From: Thelocarpon superellum
Lineage: Eukaryota
DNA: 38,195 bases
Direction of reading: 5' to 3'
NCBI GenBank assembly: GCA_026025795.1
Contig: JAPEUG010000139.1
Coordinates: 1 to 38,195 of the forward strand
The position numbers and the translations under genes are program-made. Each line of letters opens with the position of its first letter. The first letter of the stretch is position 1. Shown piece by piece: positions 1 to 12,901 of the stretch. The notes beneath the pieces were generated by a model. That model searched no databases. It was not told the origin of the DNA and worked only from the letters and a program-made list of their open reading frames with translations.

Positions 1-295
1 ACTCCCTCGTGCAGGCAAACGGTGGCACAAATGAGGCCCGGGGGGAAGATGGGAGGCGGCCACTCTCTCTGCATATTATGGTGCTTCTGTCTGTGTGGTT
101 ATCTGTGTTGCATTATTGCGGTGCACGAAGCAGCTGGTTAATCTACTCGGAGTACTCCTGTATTTAGCGTGGACTTATTCATCCAAGTACTGTCCAAGAA
201 TTCTTGCACGAACATGTTGTTCTGTTGATCACTCTTGTCTCGTCGTCCGAGATAGATCAAGGCCGGTGAGTTCAGCAAGGGGCAAGATCTGTCAG

Positions 296-543
296 CCAAT
301 GGTCGAGACGTGTCGGGCTTCATCTCATGTGGGGAGGGTGAGCCAATCATTGGCGACTTGTACATATAACACGGGGTCACCCCAACCATCGATGACGGGG
401 AAATATATCATGGGGTCAACCAATCATGGACGAATGGCTGGGTAATGGGGGGCCTACCAATCACTGACGTGTGATGAACAAAGCGTGGAGCCAGCCAATT
501 GAAAATAAAGACATAGCAGGGGCCCTTCGTAGTCATTGATTGG
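296..543. promoter_or_regulatory. Cluster of 7 CCAAT boxes (putative CCAAT-binding-complex regulatory region)
   Basis: CCAAT at 296, 343, 420, 457 and 495; ATTGG at 349 and 539; includes the inverted pair GCCAAT-C-ATTGGC (342-354) and TGACGT near 465; no convincing coding frame here. Confidence 0.35.
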
Positions 544-1328
544 TTGTAAATACCGCACGGGGCCCACAAATTGTGATTAGACGGTCCCCCATACCCTTGA
601 GTATACGGAGAATTCCAAGACCACATATCTTCTAGATGTGTCTACTTGACGACTTCTACATGAGGAAAGGGTGAGAAAAGAAAGAAAAAGGAGTGGTAAG
701 AGCAGAAGACGGAAAGAAAGAAATTGCACAGAATGCAATGCAAGAGGATATCTAATCTAAGCTAGGTTCTCATTTTCAATCAGTGCTCATGACAATTCTT
801 TCCATCCGCTAATCCCATGCGCTTCGTCGGGGAATATGTGCGGAAACAAGGAACCAATGAGGGGTAAGGAATGTAGCAAGAATAAGAAATTCCGTCGTCT
901 AACCCGCCCCACCTTACCCCGCCCCCAACCCCCCAATCCTCCATGCTCAACCCTTCGCTGTGCCCATACACGTTTTTACCATTACTTACATCCTTGCTCC
1001 GTATTATGCCCTATGTCACGTCACCCATTTTGTGCTTGTAAGAAAAGCTGCGCGAATAGAAGGAAAGAGTTGTGATGCGTGAAGGAAAGAAAGGACAGAG
1101 AGGGGAAGCTCCGCGCCAGCGGATCGAACTGGTGGGTCGGAAGATCAGTCGCTTGTTGTCGACATTTCTCTGGGGGGCGGATCGGCCGCACAGGAGTCTA
1201 TGTCGGTCGAATGGCCTAGAACAAAGTGGCGTTGAAGTCCAGGTCTGGAAAGTTTTCTGTCGAGGAAGTCCGGGTCTCGTGGCCGGCGCGCAAGCATAGG
1301 TCTCGATCGTCGGATGGTCGTTATCGGA

Positions 1329-2427
1329 TTATCGGAAAACCTGACTAAGCTGGGCATAAATCTGCGCGGCGAGTTCCTGGTGCTGGGTTGTGCACTTTGG
1401 CGTCCTGTCGAGCGTTGCAATACGCACCACGAGGCCCGCCATTCGTACCAGGATCGGCTTCAGTACAAGGCAGTGAGCAAGCAAAGCTTGCTTGTTCTGC
1501 TCCGCTTCTGCTGCCGATCCGTTCTCCATTGCCGCGATCAACCCCTTGAAGTCTGGATATGTGAAAGGGTGATCTGCCAGGATGCTGTCGAGGAGGACAA
1601 TGTCTATGCTTCCAACCGTGTCAACAAGCCCCTTCCACCGCATGCCACAGATTAGTTGAGCTTCAGTTGTCGCGATGTATTCTTCCGGGAGACTTGGAGA
1701 TTCCGAAGTAGATTCTTGGCGAGCTTTGTGTCGCAGGAATTCAATTCTGAGCTGAACGGAATTTAAGCCCTTGTGGAGCCGTGACTGGCAGTACTCTTCG
1801 TCGCACAACTTGTATAGCTCTAGGCATGACAAGCGGTACTGGGCCCGCCCAAGGGCCTGCCGCGCCTTGCCTTGAGCTAAGGGGTCTGGTGTAGTCGGCG
1901 GTAGGTTCCCGAGAAGGGTTGTCTCACTTCCACCTAGACCTGAGAATACACTGCTATGGCCAAGGTCCTCCCATGTGATAGGTTCGAGAAAATGGAGGCT
2001 TCGAAACGCGACGGGCTCGAGGGGGTTCTCGGCGAGTGCAGTTGGACTCGGAGTGGCAGCTCTCGAGACAAGGCTAGCGGTGGATCGTGGAAGACTGGAT
2101 GGATTGACGATGGTGCGAGTGCTTACTGCCGATGAAGGGGCACGGCTTGTTCTGGCGTTGCGACGCTGGCCGGGTCTTGATCTGACGCGGGAGGCTCTCG
2201 GACTGTCGCCGGGGGCTCTAACCTGTGCAGAGCATGGGTCGCCTCTGCTCTCGCAGTTGTTGCACCTCTGTTGCATCTCCAAATCCCATCGTAGATTTTC
2301 AGGATAGCACTATGTTAGCAAAAGATTAGCCGACATACACCTCCGACTGCAGTCCTATCCTTACTTTTTTATCAGTCGCGCGACAGCGATTGCATTTGAA
2401 CAGTTGATACGGCCGCCTGGAACTCAT
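1329..2427 (-). CDS. Zn(II)2Cys6 binuclear-cluster protein (~347 aa), 2 exons
   Basis: Exons 2427-2365 and 2309-1329; intron 2364-2310 (GTAAGG...GCTAAC.ATAG). Spliced N-terminus MSSRRPYQLFKCNRCRATDKK|CYPENLRWDLEMQQRCNNCESRGDPC fits C-x2-C-x6-C-x14-C-x2-C-x6-C. The 3' end is less certain. Confidence 0.8.
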
Positions 2428-4409
2428 GCTTGCGATTCAAGCCTTAAGCAAAGGAATCTCCTAAGCAGCTTAGCTATGCTTTCCGTCCAATAGCTATCAG
2501 ACTCGTCGTAGAAATGTGATTAGTGATAACTCACGTTATAGAGAGGGCGGGTGATGGCCCTTGACCAACAGAGGCGGAGCCTCTCGACCACCCTGATTGT
2601 CGAGAGCCTGTAGGTCTGCATAGCGAGCGCCATCTCGAGCAAGCTCCTGACAGGCGTCCTCCGCCATTAAATACCGAAGGTGGACGGATGTGCGTAACCA
2701 GGATCCAATTTCGTCTACGCAAGCTCTGAGTCTGCCAATCCCAAGTCAGAGCAACAGAATCGCACTAAAACTGTTACGCGAACCATGGAAAGGTCCCACT
2801 TTCCCCTCTCCGTCGCGCGGAGTGTCTGGGCCGAAGCCAAGCACTAGTGGGCCTCGAGCATCCAAGGGTGCAACACGCCTCTTGGATCAAAACTTCCGCT
2901 TTCCAGAATATGAGAGAGGGCACGGTGAGTATGCACTTTGTATGAGGCAAACAGAAGTATCTTTCTGCGTCTGGCTGTCAAAGATCCCGACCAGACTGGA
3001 GCAGAGACAAGGGCAGAGATTTCTTTGCAGGACCCTACACAATTTGTCCGGGACGAGATCGTGGTGGCGGCAAGCGCGGGAGATCTAAATGATTGCCGCA
3101 GCGTTCTCTCAGGCGCATCGCTCAGTGAAAGCCATCTCACGAAGAATCAGTACAGTCATTTCCACCGTTGCACGTCGGATGCCCGTGGCCATGTGCTACT
3201 CCACTCGAGCTCGCTTCCTGACCGATCGGCCTGATCAGTGTCGGGCATGTGCGCTCAGAGTTTGACCCAGCGACGCGGGCCGCTCGGGGGAAGCTTCCGG
3301 CGTAAGCGAAATATCAGGGGTGGGTGATAGGGCAGAGGAATTCGCAGTCTCACTGGCCAGAGCGCAAGGCGCAGGCCTCTCCACCGTCCGCATTGCGAAA
3401 CCCACCCCCCCTGTCCCCCCCCAAAGATCCTGTACTGCTTGGGGACCAACCATAGCAGCGCACAGCTGGCCCCCAACGTCTAGACCTAGATCGGTCTACG
3501 CCCTCTCGGATTTGCCTTTTCCCAAGCCGGTATATCTCTAGCCCTCGTCCGTGCCTCTGGCTTCGAACCGGACCGTCTTGCCGTCAACCCATCCCATCTT
3601 CTACCACACCGCCCATTCGGGATCAGCTTCGGCAAGGCTCTTCACTCCCTTCTACCGCGAACGGAAGACACCCTTGCAGAGACCGCCCTCGAAACGGACC
3701 GCCTCGCGGCTGGGATCCCACAGCTTTCATTGGCGGAAGGGGTGCGGCCGCTGGTGAAAAGCCATCTTGACGGAAACGCTAGTAACGGAGTTGTGGAAGC
3801 CTATGAATCTTATGAATCTCTTCACACCGGCTGATGCGTCGCGTCATTATCACACTTGCAGGAAGAGGGTCCGATCACGTATTTTGCCGAAGCTTGTAAT
3901 CTCAGAGGAAAAGAAGAGCGGTGACGCCACACGAGTCTTCGCTGGGGGCTAAGATGGGATTGGAGAAAGGTCCATGGCAGCTGAAAACTTCACGCTTCGA
4001 GTTGGTGCGGCTCAAGTATCCTACGCCATGTCGAAGGCGTCGTAACCGTAGCCAAGCCGAAGACTGCAAGACTGCTTGATCCTCCTAGGACGGAACACTG
4101 CAAGGTAATTTCCTGGAAGTATCGCTTTCACTCTCCAGAGACCGAGTCCTCTCTGGTTCATCCAGACTCCGCTCCAATTCCTCCAGACACCTCGGAAACG
4201 CCACTGTCGCCGGGATTTCCCCCGCCCTGCATTGGGAGTCCACAGTCGACAAACGAAGCCCGCCTACACTCCACTCCTTGCACCCCCAAGAGAATCCAAA
4301 GCTGCCCATGACTCCATGACCTCCAATGACAACGCCCGACGTTGGGTGGCAAGCCAATCGGAGCCTTTCATCGTACACGTCACCGCACTAGGGGTGACGA
4401 GCGAACGTT

Positions 4410-4758
4410 CTAGAAAAGCTCGTGTGCGGCCACGATTCGGTGCTGGACATTCATCAACCCATCAGCGGACGCCTTCAGCGATTAGTCGAGCAACGGGAGG
4501 GAGACATACCTTGCGCGACACCTCCTGCTGCCTTTTCAGGGTGCTGCTGTAATGGCCCTCGGCGGCGTACTTTGGCACATAAGCAGCCTGACGCTTGGAC
4601 TCTGTCGAGGCGGTCGACGTGGTGGACGTGAGGGACGAGCACGAGTCGGTCGACGTGGTCGAGGTAACCGACGCCACAGATGATTTCCGGCTGTGGGTAT
4701 GGAACACCCCCCGCAGGCGAACGCTGAAGTGGCTCACGTTGGTGTTTTCCAGAGACAT
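4410..4758 (-). CDS. Small Ser/Thr-rich hypothetical protein
   Basis: ATG 4758 (MSLENTNVSHF...AYVPKYAAEGHY...VSRK); a possible very short intron 4509-4473 (GTATGT...CTAAT...AAG) gives a stop at 4410, otherwise it stops at 4462; no recognised domain. Confidence 0.3.
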
Positions 4759-5187
4759 GATGAGTGTGTCTGTGAGCATGGAACCGTATCGCTGATTAGG
4801 ATTAAGGGAAGTGAGAGATGTGGATGTCTGGGATAGATGGGCTGGCTGGTGCACAATATCTCCATGTGATGGAGGCCCTTCTTATATCCCCGGAACGACG
4901 CACAGATCGCTCGTCTTGAGCAGCGGGGAAGATTTGCAGTACCATCATCACGGACGAGGCCTGAAGGACGAAGTCTGACCTCGGTTGACCCAAGTGGGTC
5001 AAATTGCGCCACCGAGTCCATCCTCCTCAAGACCAAGCCACAAAGACGCGGCAACGCCCTAACTCGGTGGCTTGGACAATGACCCTACCGAGTGGGGAGA
5101 TGTTAGACGGTATCTAGATGGTATCTCGACGAAGGGATGGGTCAAGAGGTAAGCTGAGGCGCGGGGCTTACGCGCTGCTTCATCACG

Positions 5188-5214
5188 GTGTTGCCGTGTT
5201 GCCGTGTTGCCGTG
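5188..5214 (+). repeat. Tandem repeat (GTGTTGCC)x3
   Basis: Directly visible: gtgttgccgtgttgccgtgttgccgtg. Confidence 0.8.
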
Positions 5215-6568
5215 CCGCAAACGGATTCCATCCAAGAGAAACGAGGGATGCCAACTCGCAAGCGATGCTTGCACCAGGGCTAGACAACAGCCCGTCCGAG
5301 ACGCTTGCTACCAGAGGGCAAGGCGTGTTGGCGATATCCGCCGCAAAGTCTCAGGCGAGGACGGGTCCCGCCGCCAACCGTTGTCGTAAAGATAGCCACA
5401 GGACGACTACGCGAGCCCACAGGGTCACAGGGTCCGAAACAATGTCCCGGTCGGCACAAGCCTATTGTCGAGTTATCACCGTAGGCACGAACAAGCGCCG
5501 CTCCGACCTCGGCAGGACGCAATCAATATGGGGAGGACGGAGGGAATTGATGCCATTCTCGGCCAGCGCGGGACGGCCCATGAGCTTGTACACTAGCGGC
5601 GGCCTCCCTGGGCCCACCGCGGTAATGAGGACCGCAACCCTCAAGTGGCTCGACAGGCAAGCGACGGCGGGAAGGGCGACGCGGACTGAGCCCCATCCGC
5701 TTGCGGAAATCTGGACGGGCCCGGCCACGGAACCCCCCCCTGATGTGCAACGGGATCGAACGGAGACGAGGCGGCCTTCTGGATGGAAGCGCATCTTAGG
5801 CTCGGGGCTCCCCGAACGCCGAAGGACGGAGGGCCGACTCTCCGCGTCCGTGCGGAGGGAAGTCCCGGGTCTAGCTGACCAATGACACCGAACCCATTGC
5901 AATAACTACCACCCTATCTCTAGAGTGGGAGTTCTGCTTGGGTATTGAGGCTCAGTTGAGATTGAACCTTTCGATTTCGACACTGTAAGCAATACTATGA
6001 AGCTTCCCAGAGGAACAGGGTAGACTGAGAGAGCACGGGCGCTCGACGGAATGAGAGACGCTGCAGTGAACGCCGCTCGTGATGCTGGCACATCGTCTCG
6101 TCTCGTCTAGCCGCGCCCGTGGATAACCGAGCTGCCGGCAGTGCGCCTTTGCCGTCGTGACACCGCCATGACAGCCGTGACAGCTCGCTAGCTCTAAGCG
6201 ACTACGTACGGTGTTCAAGGCGGCGGACCGTCCAGGGATACCCCGCAGCCGCGCTCAACCGGGGTGAGACCAGAGTCTAGTGTCCAACCAAGCAGTGTCC
6301 AGCCCTAAGGTATGACATGGCCCAATGCGGACAATCATCTCCCCCACTGTACACATCGCTAGCCTAGACGGTGGTTGACGGCGCGATTATTGTCCGTATC
6401 CGGCCGTCCAGGCGCCGCTGATCCATCGATCGGATTGGACCGTGACGTAGGAGCGTCAGTGCGCGCCGTGGAATGCCAGGGTGTGATGGGAAGGAAGATG
6501 CGGGTCCTGGTGGTATTATCAACTAGTGGGTGAGATCGACGATCAGCCTCCTCGAGCCGCCTCGAGCC

Positions 6569-7328
6569 TCATCCATGAAGTCGCCGTGTCCAAGCCACGT
6601 ACGGCAGGACTGTGGCTATGGTAACTAAGCGACTGACCGACCTTATCGGAGCTTTCCGTCCGCGATCTGGCAGTCTCAGTTCAACATGTCCAAGGGCAAG
6701 TGGTGAAATTATACGTTTCTCGATTGGTTTTGGTATCTGGCGAGGTCGAGCGACTAGCACGACAACAGTATTGTCCTCCCTGGTCCACTTCATGACGTCT
6801 TCGTTGCCTGGCGCGAGGCTCTCATCTATATATAGACTCCGCGGCTGGCGCAACCGGGCTTTACGCAGTCCAGGTCCGTTTCGGTCAATTGTGCAGGAAG
6901 CTACTGGTGAGGGTGAAGCTGATCTCGTCGACGTCGCCGTGGGCGTGTCGTTTTCGGGTAGGACGAGCGAGGCCCTCGGTGAAGAAACCCTGACTCGGCT
7001 GGCGAAGGGCGGACTTGAGAGGAGCGGGCTTCGGTGACTGCTTGCCTCGAGCGAAGCGAAGGAACGGGCAATGCGAGCGGATCCACCCTCTGATAGAATG
7101 TCCGACGTCGGCCACGCTGCTCTCCTGAATGAGCCGGGGAGCGTCACTCGCCCACTGCAAAACCTACCGGTCACGTGTGCGCTTCGCCGTAGTAGAGGAA
7201 CCGGTCCAGGTCCCCTCAAAGGATAAGCTGCGGTCACGATTGAGGTCGATGGAGTCGTTGGCGTGCGGAAAGGGGTTGGTGAGGGTCATGTTGGACAGAT
7301 TGTTGGCCGATTCGTAAGGCCGAGACAT
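6569..7328 (-). CDS. Hypothetical Ser/Arg/Pro-rich protein, putative 2+ exons
   Basis: ATG 7328 (MSRPYESANNL...) joins in frame to ORF 6569-7237 through a putative 43-nt intron 7167-7125 (GTAGGT...GTGAC...TTCAG); the 3' end may be spliced further; no domain recognised. Confidence 0.3.
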
Positions 7329-7512
7329 GATAGGCTGCCGCCGAGGGGACGATGGACTTGAGGGGTTGAGGGAGTTCGGCTGGGCGATATGACGTCCGCA
7401 AGTCCCGTGCGGTTGTGGGAGATAACAAGCGGTGGGCGTGAGCAAGACAAAGGTAGCAGGTTGAGGTAAGGAGAGGGAAGGACGAGGGTCTCGGAGACAA
7501 GCACATTCTCCA

Positions 7513-7542
7513 TCCACGCTCGTCCACGCTCGTCCACTCTCG
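7513..7542 (+). repeat. 10-bp tandem repeat (TCCACGCTCG)x3, one mismatch
   Basis: tccacgctcg tccacgctcg tccactctcg. Confidence 0.75.
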
Positions 7543-7754
7543 AGCCCTGCTTGCCCGTCTTCCGTTGTTCCCCATAGTCTAGGACGAGCCCTCGCAGCTG
7601 ATGCCAGTAGATGATTAGGGCAGAAGCGCAACTTGGAACCCTACGAGAGGCAATTTCAATCCAAGCCGATGAAGCCGTTGATGTCGCTCACGATGATCGG
7701 CGTAGAATACTGCGGACGTGCCCGCAGAACGGGATGGACGGGTGCGACGAGCCG

Positions 7755-10700
7755 CTAGAAGCCTGCGGCTCGGCGCTTTCGCTTCTTGATTTCTTTGGTT
7801 GCTCCGGCATGCCGACTCCCAAAGACCCCTCTCTCCGTCTGTGTCATGGGCAGGTCTTCGGCCACGGGGCTACTACTGAACGCAGGTCCCATCGCCCTGG
7901 GCTGACCGTCCCACGGTCTTGGAACGACCCGCTGAGAGCTGGACGCAATCCCACGGGCCGGCTGTTTGGGAGATCGCCGGGACCGTCGAGCGCTGTCTCT
8001 GTCTCGTCGAGAATGCCTCCTGCGCTCCTCGCTCTCCCTTTCCTCACCAGGCGTCTGCAAGATGTGACGGACCTCCCAGTGACGAGCATGGGGATCAGCC
8101 CCGTCCACCCACTGTCCCAGCAGTCGCTGCACCGTGGACGAAAGGACAGGGCGCGACGTCAGAGCAGTGTATCGCTCCAGAGCGAAGGAGGAGGTCTCGA
8201 CTGCGGACGCCGGTGTGATTGAATCCAGTCCCGTTTGACTGGGTGCGGGTTTCCGTCGTTGGGCGGGTGCTAACGAGGTCGGTCTCAGCGGTAGCCGGAA
8301 TATGATGTCACCTCTCGCATCTGCTCCGCGGCCGAGTAGAGGGTCGTCAAGCGATTGTCCTCCATGCGGGCTTGATGGCGAGGAGGCTTGAGCTAGCGAC
8401 CCGGCATCTTCCGCTCGAGTAACTGAGCTCCTTGCCGTCGGCTCAGCGTCAGGGTCGGCGATCCTGCGAGGGTCGTCGACGAGAGCACGGAATCGGATGC
8501 CGACCGAGGCCAAGCAGATGTCAACCGCCGCACGGCGAATCACTCTTTCCATTGCCACCCGAGTTTTGGCAGGCGTATGGTGAGGTAAATGCGTGACCCA
8601 GTCGTGGACCAGGCTGTCGTAAATCTTGGCGAGTAATTGCCCGTCAACAGCACGCTCGCGCTGTTCTGTCTCGCCTAGGGTCGTCGCACACAGGGAGACA
8701 CTCGACACCAAGCTTGAAACCAAGGTGAGTGGGGCTTCATCTTGCGAAGAGGTTGCCGGCATGGAGACGAATGTCGACAAAACGGCCTGTAGCATATGCG
8801 ACGCCTCGGAAACATCCGTTACGGGTGGCGTGGACGGAGAAAGATCATAGCTGGTGCTGTCAGCCTCTCGTTGCTTGGCCACTCATGGCAAGGACGTCGT
8901 ACCAGGTTTCAAGATGCCCACGCTGCGCAACGCTTTTCGCGCTGAGTCGATCTCGAAGGGACTGGAACTCGCCATCTGCGGAATCCATTGCGGCTGCCGC
9001 TGTAGCCGTCGCCAGCTTGTACAGCCAGGTCCAGTCGAGATCGCGTGCACATGATCGGGTGGGGCGCTCATCTTCCGTGATACCATCGGGGGGGCTGACA
9101 CGCGATGAGACATGATCGTCACCTGGATCATCGTCCCTCCTCTCATCCGGACCAATCTCATCGACCACAAAGGTTTCGTCAAGGACCCGGGTGGCGCTCC
9201 GCCCGCCTCGTGGCGTGACTTTGGACCCCAGCGAGGGAAAGTGGATGTCAAATGGAGTCGATTGATCCCGTCGCACATCACTTGCGAAAAAGCACTCGGA
9301 CAGGCCGCAATCGTTACGAAGGATCAGAAGGGCATAAAACTTTATCCCCGCCTCCATGTACGTACGCCCAAGCCCCGAGGGCGAGACGCGATTATGAGTC
9401 CACCAATGGAGAGGAATGAGCTGTAGACATGAAATCTGCGCGTCACGCTCACCGGACTTCCGCTCAGAATCTGTCGCGAGCAACTTTGATGGGAGCACGA
9501 GGCTAAACGGGTCTGATACCGACCCCGACCCGTTGAACTGAAATACCATGACCAGTCGATTGATCTGGGAATGAAGCAGGACGCGCGAGACTATGGGGAC
9601 ATGTCAGCGCTTTCGTCCGTGTACGCTGGATCGACGCTACGCACCGTTATCAATCGAGTCTACTTCGAGGCGTAAGCTCACGTCTTCGGTGCTCCGGAAG
9701 TGCCGCCACGATGCGACGACCCTGGTCCTTGCTCCGGCCTCTGACCCGCCACCTGTCTCCAGCCTTGACGCGCCGACGACGTCTACCCAGATTAAGTGCG
9801 ACGTGGTGAGGACGAAGACATGACTGGGCCTTTCTGGCACTCTTCTGATATCCAGGATCCAGTGCGAAGTCCTCCCTGTCCCCACGTCTGGAGATGGAAG
9901 AGGGTTGATCACGCCCGAGGTGACGTCGAGGACAATGAGCTCCTTGCGGCTGCAGATAACGATGGTGTTGGCATCGAACGCCCAACAGATGGCGCCCCAG
10001 CCATCCCCTCGCTCTGAGGGCGAGGTCTTTGAGACCCATCCGCTGATCCTCGGGCAGGTAGGACGGCGATCTCGCTGGTGCATTTGACCGGGGACATCCC
10101 ATATGCTCCAACGGCCCTGTTGGTCGATGATTGCACATTCTGACGCGCACCATGGATTGAAGGCGACATCTATGTGAGGCGACCCACCGGTGAGGGCTAC
10201 CGGAAGGGTAAGCACAGGGTTTGGATTGACCCGTGAGGCGTGGCTTGTCTCGGTGTGATGGTCCTTGCGGTAAGATAATGGCGTGCGATGATACGTCGGG
10301 CGAAAGATAGTCGTGGCTTGAGCGAGGCGCACAGCCATGGACGACCCTCCGTGGTTGTGGTTTTCGCCGACGCATATTTGCTTGATGGGAGACCCACTTC
10401 CCAGCCACCATGCTTCGTCACCACGTGCGACTTCAGCTCCAGTAAGCGCAATAGCCTCGCCTTGCGCCCACCGATGTCGCGTTTTCTGTAACTGGATGAA
10501 TTGGACGGCCTGACATGCGTCGCCGGCCACGACGGCTAGAACGGGGATGGCGAAGGCGGCCGACTTGCGATTGTCGACATCTCGCGCAAGGCCGACGGCC
10601 ATGCGTCGCGCGAGCGCAGGATCATGGTGGGCTGCAGCCGATATGATCCGCTCTGATGTACGATCGTAGGATTGGAGAAGTGAGATGCTTGGAACCAGGA

Positions 10701-10989
10701 CGGGATAAGCGTGAACCAAGGCTTGGACTTCCTGCCGGATCCTCTGAGCCGGACCTGGATTTGGCGACGGTGACGGACGGATGATGGGCGGGATGGGGTG
10801 GTGGACGGGACCACAAGACCGTAGCACATTGTCTACATGGGCTCATGGTTGGCTGGGGGTCTTCAGGCGGGGAAGGGAGCACTCACGTGTACCGAGTCGA
10901 CGGACGAAGGCCCATTGTTTCGTAGCGAGGTCGTAAACGGGCTCTCCAAGATTGCCGTAGGAGAGCTCGGTAGGACCATCGTCAGCCAT
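7755..10989 (-). CDS. RRN6: RNA polymerase I core factor subunit Rrn6-like (~1024 aa), 4 exons
   Basis: Exons 10989-10887, 10832-9645, 9590-8903, 8850-7755 splice in frame through GT-AG introns. N-terminal LSYGNLGEPVY..W.F.R, propeller-like TGGSPHIDVAFNPW...IIDQQGRWSIW, VLTTS and SWRHFRS motifs, and C-terminal SQ/TQ.ERGVFGSR...KKRKRRAAGF typical of filamentous-fungal Rrn6. Confidence 0.88.
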
Positions 10990-11421
10990 TGGGCTTGTCT
11001 TTGGCTCTTGCACGGCCGCGAATGCGATGCAGGAGCATATCGCGTTGGCGTGGATAGGATAAGGGCCTGTCGATGTCGTCCACCAGAAGCACACTAATAC
11101 TTAAGCATGGCATAGCATCGACGGGAAAGTCAATACGTGCTATTGAGCCAATACGCAGTCATCCTCCTCCAAAGATGCAGTCACTACCTGACATGTGTTG
11201 AGCGTGGTGAAAGAGTTGGGTGCGAGTCGAGGTTCTCAATTGATGTTCGGCACGGAGCCGGAGGCGGCAAAACGATGTTCCGAAACCGTTGTCGGGACGA
11301 CGGGGCCCTCCCCGACCACAGCAGACGCCTCCACCCACGAGCCGCACAGGATCAACAACACCACATCGGAGGCTGATTCGAATACCCCATCTGACACTGT
11401 TCTGTCACTGCGATCGCAACT

Positions 11422-12259
11422 ATGTCTACGACGCTCTTCGAATCCTCGCTCTCGATGAGTGCGATGCGCCCACCGCTGACGTCGGCCGCAGCGCCCTCCA
11501 TGGCCGATTCGCTCCCGACCATCAAGTTTGGGTTCGACGAACTCCGCGAGCGCATGGCGCGATTCACGACCCGATTCGACGACTTCATCGAACAGGGGCG
11601 CAAGCGCGTGTTGGAAGAACGCAATGCCTTCCGGATGAATGTGGCCGAGCTTCACGGTAAGGAGTGCCACCCCGAGTCGATGCGGTCGGGTCACTGACGC
11701 GTCATGGCCGCCAGAGGATCAGCGGATGAAGAAGAAGGACATTGAGATCCTGACGCAAAAGTCGGCCATGTACTCGCAGAGTCTGCAAAAGGAGGCGCAA
11801 GAGACGGCCGAGATGCATGCCGCCATTGCCACCGTCAAGGCGCAACGCGACGATCGGGCGGTGGCGCGCGACCGGCTACGGCAGCAGATTGGCGAGACGA
11901 AGAAGTTGATCGAGCAGCGGCTGGAGAGTCAGCGGCAGCACGCGCAGCACCTCGAGAGCCAAGCCCGGTTCAATCGACCCGAGCTGGAGTTCTGGCAGGA
12001 ATTCCTCTGCCTCCGGATCGAGGGTGCCGGCCTCGCCGATCGCCTGAAGTTTGTCTACACGCACGTCGACGAGCGGGACTGGGAGAAGGAAGCGTGGTTT
12101 GAGTTGGGCATGGGCAAACGCGAGTACGAGGTGTTGCACTGTCGGCCCAAGGTGGCAACGGAAGCGATCGACGGCATCTTGGAAAGACTCAACCAAAGTC
12201 GGGATCTCGCGGTATTCTTGAAGCAGATGAGGGAGCTGTTCGTGCAAGCGTTGAAGTGA
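11422..12259 (+). CDS. SPC25: Kinetochore Ndc80-complex subunit Spc25 (~259 aa), 2 exons
   Basis: Exons 11422-11656 and 11715-12259 (intron GTAAGG...CTGAC...CAG). Coiled coil (FGFDELRERMARFT.RFDDFI..GRKRVLEERN) plus RWD-like C-terminal domain (ELEFWQEFLCLRIEGAG..DRLKFVYTHVDERDWEKE...FLKQMRELF). Confidence 0.92.
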
Positions 12260-12901
12260 AGCGGAAGGAAGGGGATTGGTGTGGATACTACTCTGTTCAT
12301 GCTTTTCGATGGAGAGTTATGCAGCCAGCGAACCAGTTTTTTGGAATATCCCAAGTCGGATCCCTACGGAGAGAGAACACGTGCTGAAACCGCAGGCGCC
12401 ACGGAGGATTCAGCGTATTTAGCATCGCGCTGTTGGAACAATATACTGGCGCGACTTGAGACTCTGCGCTTCCAGCATGAGCGGAATAACGCACGTACTG
12501 GTGGCACAAGTAGTCCATCTGTTCTTACAGTCAGGAGACAAGTAAGTGATCAAGACCTCGCGAGACCTTGCAACTAGCCCGGCCCTCGTGCATAGACCTA
12601 CCCTCCGTATCTAGAGCTGACAAGATTTTCCAAGATCCCCAATTGAATATGTGTTCTTGAAGTAACTGATCACGGAAGCGTTTGCTACGCTTCGAGATCC
12701 TCAGATACTGGAGTACTTAAGGACGCAGGTATTCGCCTGCTTTTGTCCTGTCACTGCCGGCATGCCGAGAGTCCTTCGACACAGACTCCGCGGGACTGAA
12801 GCGAAGCGACGGGAGCAACAGAGCAACACGCCTAGTCCTGTAGGCCGACCGTCCTATCCATCACTGTCGGCATACCGGCAACGACCATCCCTACCCTCAT
12901 C

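Noticed and set aside
5118..5885. 255-aa Arg/Thr-rich ORF
   Set aside because: No domain features or splice support; typical chance ORF in GC-rich DNA
12478..12614. Intron-like GTAAGT...CATAG with a short spliced ORF between SPC25 and MZT1
   Set aside because: Yields only a 27-aa peptide with a weak branch point; cannot be supported without RNA data
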